A stretch of DNA of 64,000 nucleotides from the IMG/VR virus record IMGVR_UViG_3300032331_003609, positions 62,001 through 126,000 of that record. One strand, given 5' to 3'. The position numbers and the translations under genes are program-made. Positions 56,564 to 64,000 of this stretch are shown here, piece by piece. Numbering within the stretch: the stretch's first letter is position 1; every line of letters begins with the position of its first letter. The notes under the pieces are model-generated. The model was not told where the DNA came from and ran no database searches. It saw nothing but the letters and a program-made list of their open reading frames with translations.

Positions 56564-58372
56564 ATGGCCGAGGAAAAACAAGTAAGTAATTATTGGACAA
56601 CTGAGAGGGTCAATAAAATTATCCAGAATGCGGATGAAAATGGGGTAGATTTTAAAGATGTCGACAATCCATTTCATGAGAACGATCCTGAGTTAAGAAG
56701 GGGTGGAATATTATACGAATATACCGAATGGGAGGTTGATGAATTTAAAAAATGTGCTTCTGACGTTACTTATTTTGCTAATACCTATTGTAATGCTATG
56801 ACTGATGAGGGTATTAGAAAGATCACTCTTAGGGATTATCAGGAGCAAATTCTTACCCAATACCAAGAACACCGGTTTAATATATTTTTAAGCCCCAGAC
56901 AAAGTGGTAAGACCGTTACATCTTCTATATTTCTTCTCTGGTACCTTCTTTTCAATTTTGATAAGAATGCCATGATTCTTGCAAATATCGGTGATACTGC
57001 AACTGAATTAATGGATAAGATTAAGATTATTATGAAGGGTCTGCCATTCTTCTTAAAGCCTGGTGTATTTGTGTACAATGTCATGACCATGAAGTTTGAT
57101 AACGGATGTAGAATAATGGCTAAGACGACAACTAAACAGTCCTCTATTGGTTTTACTGTTCACTTCTTGTATATGGATGAGTTTGCACACATCAATCCTA
57201 ACTTTATAGGCCAATTCTTTAAATCTGTATATCCTACTATATCATCATCTAAAATATCAAGGATCATTATTACATCCACACCAAACGGGATGAATAAGTT
57301 CTATGAGATCTATAAATCTGCTATCGAAGGTCATAATGAATTTAATCCAATCAGGGTGGATTGGTGGCAAGTTCCTGGAAGAGACGAGGAATGGAAAAAG
57401 AAAGAGATAGCCAATTTAGGATCGGAAGAGGATTTTAACCAGGAATATGGAAATCAATTTTTAAGTTCATCTAAGCTATTATTGGATTCATACACTCTTA
57501 AAAAATTAAAGAAGACTGAGGTACAATTTGTTCATAAAGAACTTTTGCCTTTTCAAAATTCAATCATAGATTATAAAGACCTGACTTGGCATCCTAGTTT
57601 TGATCCCTGTAATTTATGGGAAGATGGGGAAAACAAAAGATTTATAATTTCAGTAGATACTGCAGGGGGAGGGGGAGGTGATTATAGTGTGGTCAATATA
57701 TTAAAGATATCGCCAAAGCCTCTGGCAATGATCGAGGAAAAGAAATTTTTTGAAGACGAGTCTGATTTTTTCTCCCTTCTTCAGGTTGGTTTATTCAGAT
57801 CTAACCTGATACAAATAGAAGAATTGAAGGTATTTTTAGAAATTTTATGCACCGAGGTATTTAATCCGGAACAAATAAAGATAGTAATGGAGGTTGACTA
57901 TAGGGGGGAATATTTAATTGAAAAATTATTAAGTGGTGAAAAACTATTTTCCGAAATGTTCGTCTACACAAAACACACTGAGAGTTCTAGACAAATGAAG
58001 ACTGGCGTTAAAGTTACACCTAAGACAAAAGAAAAGTATTGTGAGGACCTAAAAATTAACACAAGAAATTCAAGAATTATCCCAACAGAAATAAATACTA
58101 TCCTAGAATTGAGCAATTTTGGTGAATCTAGTAAGGGAATTTACCAAAGCCAAATAGGTAAGGATGATATAGCAATGACCCTAGTTAACGCAAATTCAGT
58201 TTTTGAGTACCAAGATTTCATGTATCTAGTCATGGATATTTATGATACAGTTTCAGAAAAATACAAAAATGCAATCAATAAAAAGATAGCAGAATCCGGC
58301 GAAGGAGGCCTATCCGGAGATGCTGGAGCAAGGGAAATGGAAACTTATAATGTTTTTAGAGACTTCTTTTAG
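56564..58372 (+). CDS. gp17: Terminase large subunit (T4 gp17-like)
   Basis: LRDYQ, PRQSGKT, YMDEFAH, TSTPNG, SVDTAGG, DDIAM. Confidence 0.96.
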   Translation: MAEEKQVSNYWTTERVNKIIQNADENGVDFKDVDNPFHENDPELRRGGILYEYTEWEVDEFKKCASDVTYFANTYCNAMTDEGIRKITLRDYQEQILTQYQEHRFNIFLSPRQSGKTVTSSIFLLWYLLFNFDKNAMILANIGDTATELMDKIKIIMKGLPFFLKPGVFVYNVMTMKFDNGCRIMAKTTTKQSSIGFTVHFLYMDEFAHINPNFIGQFFKSVYPTISSSKISRIIITSTPNGMNKFYEIYKSAIEGHNEFNPIRVDWWQVPGRDEEWKKKEIANLGSEEDFNQEYGNQFLSSSKLLLDSYTLKKLKKTEVQFVHKELLPFQNSIIDYKDLTWHPSFDPCNLWEDGENKRFIISVDTAGGGGGDYSVVNILKISPKPLAMIEEKKFFEDESDFFSLLQVGLFRSNLIQIEELKVFLEILCTEVFNPEQIKIVMEVDYRGEYLIEKLLSGEKLFSEMFVYTKHTESSRQMKTGVKVTPKTKEKYCEDLKINTRNSRIIPTEINTILELSNFGESSKGIYQSQIGKDDIAMTLVNANSVFEYQDFMYLVMDIYDTVSEKYKNAINKKIAESGEGGLSGDAGAREMETYNVFRDFF

Positions 58373-58454
58373 TGAATTATTTGATATATAGTTAAAGAGC
58401 AGGACTCCCCAAAGTTCTAGCCTCGAAAAGATATATACAAGTAAAAAATACAAA

Positions 58455-61400
58455 ATGGCAAAGAAGTTAACTCTGGATCTATCCGTTTTTAAAAGTTCTG
58501 GTGTCTACACCTTAGAATTTGATGCTTCTGAAAATATTGTAGTAAATCCTCAGACAGTTAGATTGGTGGTTGGTTTTTCAACCAAAGGGCCTTTCAACAC
58601 TCCGGTTTATGTACCTGATGTTCAGACAGCACTTAAAGTTTTTGGCGATATCGACAGATCTTTAGAGAAAAAAGGATCATTCTTTCATCGATCAATATTC
58701 ACTTGCTTAAACAGCGGTCCTGTTTTTGCTTTGAATCTATTAAAATTAAATAACACCGTTACTGAATTATCAGAGCCTGATGTAGCAAACGGTGCTGATG
58801 TTGCAAGATACAGATCTTTCTCTTTAGATACAGCGGAAGTGAATGGTTTAAATCCAACAGAAGAATACACGAAAACAAATGCTAATCTTCCTAACCAGGA
58901 TAAATTAGTATCATCATATTACAATAAAGAGAAATTTTGGTTTCCTGATCCTAATATGCTTCTTGCCACGGTACATACAACGGACAAATCAAAATTGTTT
59001 AGCTTAGTTAATATAAGCCAAAACCCAATAAGCGTAATAATCAAGAAATCAGTTGATTCTAGATTGCCTATTAAAGGTTTTGATATAACTGCTAAAGAAT
59101 ATTTTGGAGCTAATAACGTTCCTTCTTTCATAAACCCTAACGATTACATCTCTGATTATTTTGTAGATGTTATTGCAGTAAGTGGAAATTGGGCTAATTA
59201 TTCAAAATTATCTCTAGATCCTTTATACTCTAGCTATTTCACATCAAAAGGATTTATTAAAGATCAGATTGATAATTTCTTATCACTTAAAGAAGTGAAT
59301 GTAGTTTTCTCTATTACAGGATGTTTAATTCCTGATTTTATAGATCAAAACGGAATTACCCAATACATAAAGACATTAATAAATAATCAAATAGGAAGCA
59401 CAGGAATTTTATGTGCTGTTAACGAAGAAGGATTAGATGATCTTGAATCTGGAGAATATTCATATTTAGATCTGGTTGGACACCACTTAACTGGGGTATT
59501 GGATCCTTCTAATCCTGTAATCACCGAAATTGATTTCTTAAGTTATAGTTCTCCTCTATCTGCAGATTTAACATATCAAATAGACGAACCAAATTCTCTA
59601 AATGATGCTAATAATCCTTCAGAGGAATTAGCAGAGGTAGCTACTGTATTCAGTTCTGAGTTTGAATCACCATCAACAACTGGTATCAATAAAGATGAAT
59701 TTGTTACATACAGTAGTTCAGCATTAGATGGCGGATATCCTTATTTACAAACATCTATCAGCGGAGCTACTAAAGCAGATAAGTTAGCAGCTCTTAAGAG
59801 CTTCTTAACAACAACAGCAGGATCACCTTCACCTAAATTTATAGTAGGTAAAGTTACTGGAAATTTAACGGGCAATTCTAATGCATTAATAGATTTTGCA
59901 AATAATGATCTAGTTAAATTAAAAGTTGTAGAGGTTAAAGAAGTAACAGTTGCACCAGGCAATGTTCAATTAAGAATTAAATGGTCTCACCCTTTATTCA
60001 CATCTTCTGCTCCTTTAGTTAGTCCTTATTATGATACTAGTTTATCTGATAATCATTATCAATTCTGTAAATCAGATTATTTTGATCTTATCACAGATCC
60101 AACCACAACTAAAGATGCTTATTACGGATACGAGGAATCTCCTATCTATATGGATTATGAAAAGGGTGTTATTAGCACGGGAGACGTTATTCATAAAACG
60201 TATGATGGATCTTCAGTTCAATACGTTAAATTTGAAAAATCTATCGACAGAGACGATTTCAAAATTATAGAAATGAAAGCTTATGTAGATGACGTATTTA
60301 CTACAGTAGAAGACGTAGTTGGATGGAACGCTAGTTACATGATTAATTCTAACGGATCAGGAGATACTGTAGGAAATCACATTACAAAGGCAGCTGGTTT
60401 AAATATTATCTCTTTAATAGGTAATTTAAATGAATATGTAGATATTGTTGGACCTATCACAGACAATCAGGTAGAAATGACAACGACTCAGGTTGCTGAC
60501 TCAGGTTTAAAAGTTGGTGATTATCTTGTTTCAGAGGAAACCGATCTATTCAGCAACTCAGCAGGTAACTACTTAAACAGATTAACAAAAATTATTGAAG
60601 CAAAGAGGGTTGCAGTACCGGGATCTCCTGGAAATTATACGATCTACGTTAAAACAGATAGACCTATTAAATTATTCTCAGGAAAGGTAAATAAATTTAA
60701 GCCTATTCACCAATTCATTGATACATTCAAATTTACATATCTTCCAGGATTTCAATTGAAAGCCAGCCATAGACCAAACGGAAGCGATGATAGATTAGAT
60801 GAAATACTTAATGTTCTATCAGAAACTAACATCTCTAAGACATTATCAGACAGAAATATTATCACATTTAGATATGTGGTTGATACATTCGATGGTCAAG
60901 TACAGACTAATTCTAAATACCAATTAGCATTGCTTGCTAAGAACAGACAAAAATGCTTAGCAATCATAAATGCTCCTTCTATGGAGAAATTCAAAAATTC
61001 AGTAGATCCTAGATTTACCGAATCACCTTCATCAACTAATCCTTCACCTTTATTAAACGCGAAGTATATTGCAGATGGTGGTAACTTAGAATTAAATCCT
61101 TCATTCAGATTTACACTACCTGATGAGGACAGTGGCGCTAAATTCTGCGGTGTATTTGCTCCGTTCTTAACAATTAGAGAGAATGGTAAGAATTTCAATA
61201 TACCTCCAGCAGCACACGTAAGTAATAACTTTATTAGAAAATTCGTTACAGGCGAACCTTATTCAATCGTAGCTGGTCAAAAAAGAGGTGTATTATCAGG
61301 TTCAAACTTAGTAGGTTTAGAATATGATTTCTCTCAGGACGATAGGGATTACTTAGAACCATTCGGAATTAATCCGATCGTAAGAAAAAGGAATATTGGA

Positions 61401-61787
61401 TTGGTAATCTTCGGTAACCAAACAGGATATCAAAGAACTAACTCAGCATTTAATAACTTACACGTTAGAGATTTATTAATCACACTTGAAGAGAGTGTAG
61501 AAGATATCTTAGCTAACTATGTGTTTGACTTCAATGAAGATTCAATTAGACTTGAAATTAAGACTATAGTAGACAACTACTTATCAGGCGTTAAAAACGT
61601 AGGTGGTATTTACAACTTCTTGAGTATTATGGATTCTTCGAACAATACTCCAGCTATTATCGACCAAAACATCGGTATTATTGATATCATTATCGAACCA
61701 GCTAGAGGTATCCACAAGTTTATCAACAGAGTAACTGTTGCTAGAACAGGCGGTATTGCTTCAGGAGGATTCATTCAATTTAGTTAA
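58455..61787 (+). CDS. gp18: Tail sheath protein
   Basis: SSGVYTLEFDAS, KGPFNTP, C-terminal INPI...GNQT...VRDL..FDFN. Confidence 0.93.
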   Translation: MAKKLTLDLSVFKSSGVYTLEFDASENIVVNPQTVRLVVGFSTKGPFNTPVYVPDVQTALKVFGDIDRSLEKKGSFFHRSIFTCLNSGPVFALNLLKLNNTVTELSEPDVANGADVARYRSFSLDTAEVNGLNPTEEYTKTNANLPNQDKLVSSYYNKEKFWFPDPNMLLATVHTTDKSKLFSLVNISQNPISVIIKKSVDSRLPIKGFDITAKEYFGANNVPSFINPNDYISDYFVDVIAVSGNWANYSKLSLDPLYSSYFTSKGFIKDQIDNFLSLKEVNVVFSITGCLIPDFIDQNGITQYIKTLINNQIGSTGILCAVNEEGLDDLESGEYSYLDLVGHHLTGVLDPSNPVITEIDFLSYSSPLSADLTYQIDEPNSLNDANNPSEELAEVATVFSSEFESPSTTGINKDEFVTYSSSALDGGYPYLQTSISGATKADKLAALKSFLTTTAGSPSPKFIVGKVTGNLTGNSNALIDFANNDLVKLKVVEVKEVTVAPGNVQLRIKWSHPLFTSSAPLVSPYYDTSLSDNHYQFCKSDYFDLITDPTTTKDAYYGYEESPIYMDYEKGVISTGDVIHKTYDGSSVQYVKFEKSIDRDDFKIIEMKAYVDDVFTTVEDVVGWNASYMINSNGSGDTVGNHITKAAGLNIISLIGNLNEYVDIVGPITDNQVEMTTTQVADSGLKVGDYLVSEETDLFSNSAGNYLNRLTKIIEAKRVAVPGSPGNYTIYVKTDRPIKLFSGKVNKFKPIHQFIDTFKFTYLPGFQLKASHRPNGSDDRLDEILNVLSETNISKTLSDRNIITFRYVVDTFDGQVQTNSKYQLALLAKNRQKCLAIINAPSMEKFKNSVDPRFTESPSSTNPSPLLNAKYIADGGNLELNPSFRFTLPDEDSGAKFCGVFAPFLTIRENGKNFNIPPAAHVSNNFIRKFVTGEPYSIVAGQKRGVLSGSNLVGLEYDFSQDDRDYLEPFGINPIVRKRNIGLVIFGNQTGYQRTNSAFNNLHVRDLLITLEESVEDILANYVFDFNEDSIRLEIKTIVDNYLSGVKNVGGIYNFLSIMDSSNNTPAIIDQNIGIIDIIIEPARGIHKFINRVTVARTGGIASGGFIQFS

Positions 61788-61827
61788 TTTGATATAAAAA
61801 TCCGAAAGGAAATATATAAAATAAAAA

Positions 61828-62400
61828 ATGGCAGGATTACCACATTATACATCTTCTAAGGCAGCGGTTAATAAATTTGAACCGATTTTTACTAATCAGT
61901 TCGAGGTATTGATCACTCCGCCTACTGCTGTAGTTCCCCCACAGGGAAGTCCTAATAACGGGAACATACTTTTAGAGCATGTGAAGAGTATAGAGGGATT
62001 AGCAGTTGATCAAAACCCTGGTGAGATCACTCAACAGTATAAGAATGCTAAAAGATATTATGCAGGAGCAAGACCACAAAGAACCGGTCTTGATCTTACT
62101 ATAAATTTTGAAGTTAACTTAGATGAAAACAATTCGATGTATGTTTTCAAAACTATGAGACAATGGGCAGATTTAATCTACAACCCATTAACAGGAGCAT
62201 TGGGTCTTAAAAAAGACTATACTGGAAATATACTTATCAGTGTATTTAATAAAGCAGGCGACGTACACAGAAGAATAAGTTGCAAAGATTGCTTTATTAT
62301 GACCCCATTATCACAAATGGATTTAAACTACACCAATACTAACTTGTTTGCTTTAAGAGTTACATGGGCAGTTGATTATTTCGATGACGTATTTATATAA
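61828..62400 (+). CDS. gp19: Tail tube protein
   Basis: Follows sheath; NQFEV..., WADLIYN, tube-like fold. Confidence 0.75.
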   Translation: MAGLPHYTSSKAAVNKFEPIFTNQFEVLITPPTAVVPPQGSPNNGNILLEHVKSIEGLAVDQNPGEITQQYKNAKRYYAGARPQRTGLDLTINFEVNLDENNSMYVFKTMRQWADLIYNPLTGALGLKKDYTGNILISVFNKAGDVHRRISCKDCFIMTPLSQMDLNYTNTNLFALRVTWAVDYFDDVFI

Positions 62401-62409
62401 AAATAAAAA

Positions 62410-62988
62410 ATGGCAGGATTACCACATTTTACTAGTGCAAAAGCGGCAGTAAGCCTTTACGAACCGGTATATTTAAACCAGTTCGAGGTTATTATTCAGC
62501 CACCTGCTGCGGTTTCTAACCCAGCTGGTACTGCGGGAAGAACCTTAATGGTAGAGAATGTAACACAGATTGGCGGATTAGCAGTGGATAAAACTCCAGC
62601 ACCAGTAATGCAAAACTATAAATTTGCAGGAAGAAGATACGCAGGTGCAGCAGTTGATGATACTGGTGTTAAGATCACAGTTAACTTTCAAACAAATTTA
62701 GACGATAATAACTCTAACTATGTCCACAAGACACTTAGACAATGGAGTGATTTAGTTTATAACCCATTAACGGGTGCTATGGGAATTAAATCTAACTATG
62801 CTGGCGGAACGTACATTCTAATTAGCATATTTAATAAACAAGGAGATGTTTTTAGAAGAATGAAATTCTTAAATTGCTTTCCGACTAAAGCTATAGATCC
62901 TATGCCACTTACATATGACAATGGAGCAAATATGTACACGATTGCTGCTGAATTTAGAGCAGATTATTTTGAAGATGTGTTCAATTAA
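62410..62988 (+). CDS. gp19: Tail tube protein paralogue
   Basis: MAGLPH start; W..LVYNP..G; FPTK.IDPM.L.Y. Confidence 0.75.
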   Translation: MAGLPHFTSAKAAVSLYEPVYLNQFEVIIQPPAAVSNPAGTAGRTLMVENVTQIGGLAVDKTPAPVMQNYKFAGRRYAGAAVDDTGVKITVNFQTNLDDNNSNYVHKTLRQWSDLVYNPLTGAMGIKSNYAGGTYILISIFNKQGDVFRRMKFLNCFPTKAIDPMPLTYDNGANMYTIAAEFRADYFEDVFN

Positions 62989-63009
62989 GAATTACTTAAA
63001 ATGATATAT

Positions 63010-63039
63010 AAAAGGCTTATCCTACCGATAAGCCTTTTT
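63010..63039. terminator. Intrinsic terminator
   Basis: AAAA-GGCTTATC/GATAAGCC-TTTTT. Confidence 0.8.
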
Positions 63040-63041
63040 AT

Positions 63042-63323
63042 TTGCACATCATTTTAAAAAGGAATAGAACTCCAACATGGACGACCCCGGTGATAGAAAA
63101 AACAATCAAAAAATACAAAGAAAAAGAAAAAAGACTAGTCTTTTACAAAGATACGTCCCTAATGTTAGCTATGTTCTTTCTCCCATTTGGCTACGACGCA
63201 TTGTTCAAGTTAATAATGGACATGAGTGGTTCATATTGGGTAGCAGATATTGTTTTTTATTCAATTTCAGGTTGCTTCTGGTTGTCGTATATCTTACTTA
63301 CGAAACGTTTAAGTAGAAAATAG
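63042..63323 (+). CDS. Small membrane protein, hypothetical
   Basis: Two TM-like segments; start uncertain. Confidence 0.5.
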   Translation: MHIILKRNRTPTWTTPVIEKTIKKYKEKEKRLVFYKDTSLMLAMFFLPFGYDALFKLIMDMSGSYWVADIVFYSISGCFWLSYILLTKRLSRK

Positions 63324-63404
63324 GATAAAACCCTTGCATTTTCTGAATTATATTTTGTCTTAGATACTAAAAGAGTATAGATAGATAAAATATAAAATAG
63401 CTTC

Positions 63405-64000
63405 ATGGAAGATAATTTAGACGAGATAGCTTTAAAGCATTTGTCACAAAAAGAAAGCGAAAGCGGATTAGAGTATGACAATATCCCAGAAATTCAAGAA
63501 CCCCCTAAATCTTTAGGTAAAGCTTCATTTGTCCAAGAGATCGAAGAAACAGCATTAGGAATGGAATCTCCATGGAAAAAGATTCCGTTTACAAATTTAC
63601 CCTCAGAAGGGTTTGGCTATCCTCCGGAAACTGAAATAACAATCAGATCAGCAGAGGTAGGAGAAATTCGTCATTTTTCAACAATAGATGAAAACGATCC
63701 TATTGATATAGATGATAAAATAAATCATATAATTTCTAAATGCTGTGTAATTAGATGGAAGGAAGGCGTTTTAAATTACATGGACATTTATCAAGAAGAT
63801 AGATTCTATATCTTTATGTCTGTCAGGGATTTGACATTTGTCAAAGGAGAGAACCGAATTTACATCCCTGTTCAAAAAACTTGCGATAAAGATGAGTGTC
63901 CTATTCCGAGCGATATAGAATTGACATCTGCTATACTTTCTAATTTTAAGCTGGATCTAAAATTAAAGAAATATTATGACCATGAAAATGGATTCTTTCA
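63405..64000 (+). CDS. Baseplate hub assembly protein (gp26-like), partial
   Basis: Hand translation MEDNLDE...NLPSEGFGYP..ITIRSAEVGEI; runs off window. Confidence 0.55.
   Translation, partial: MEDNLDEIALKHLSQKESESGLEYDNIPEIQEPPKSLGKASFVQEIEETALGMESPWKKIPFTNLPSEGFGYPPETEITIRSAEVGEIRHFSTIDENDPIDIDDKINHIISKCCVIRWKEGVLNYMDIYQEDRFYIFMSVRDLTFVKGENRIYIPVQKTCDKDECPIPSDIELTSAILSNFKLDLKLKKYYDHENGFF

Larger units (their letters stand above)
1757..63010. promoter_or_regulatory. Recurrent RATATATA motif, putative phage late promoter (about 18 copies)
   Basis: Upstream of starts at 1757, 18009, 19080, 27069, 27363, 28828, 29466, 36516(-), 41088(-), 43868(-), 43890, 44872, 46125, 52442, 53585, 58383, 58430, 61811. 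Confidence 0.7.

Noticed and set aside
46448-58372. Inteins or self-splicing introns in uvsX, helicase or terminase
   Set aside because: Proteins are of normal length with contiguous motifs
1-64000. Stop-codon reassignment (code 15 or 4), as in some large phages
   Set aside because: Core genes are uninterrupted in code 11, TAG and TGA end real genes, and there is no convincing suppressor tRNA. The TTCTAGA in 27865..27985 lacks a paired anticodon stem.

Overview
AT-rich segment of a large T4-like myovirus (jumbo-phage type), probably infecting a Bacteroidota host. Host clues are TAnnTTTG motifs, A-rich start regions without Shine-Dalgarno sites and a D-S-T-rich lipoprotein. Layout: (1) 1-15.9 kb accessory cluster of radical SAM enzymes, NDP-sugar epimerases, glycosyltransferases, a methyltransferase, an SGNH protein and APS kinase; (2) phosphoesterases, tmRNA and tRNA-fMet; (3) two collagen-like tail fibres with S74 chaperone domains; (4) 27.3-29.5 kb two tRNA operons; (5) a second modification cluster; (6) a MoxR/VWA module and proteins with a T4-like capsid-targeting N-terminus; (7) a thymidylate synthase homologue, UvsX, gp41, gp47/46, gp15/14-like, terminase, sheath, two tube genes and a partial baseplate gene. 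Top finding: each tRNA operon has the same upstream layout of promoter motif, short leader ORF, antiterminator and intrinsic terminator. The leader codons match the amino acids of the tRNAs downstream (I/L/P/H/T/S/R for operon 1, N/Y/E/M for operon 2). This looks like ribosome-stalling attenuation that switches on phage tRNAs when those tRNAs are depleted. All family assignments are by-eye motif recognition; no searches were run.
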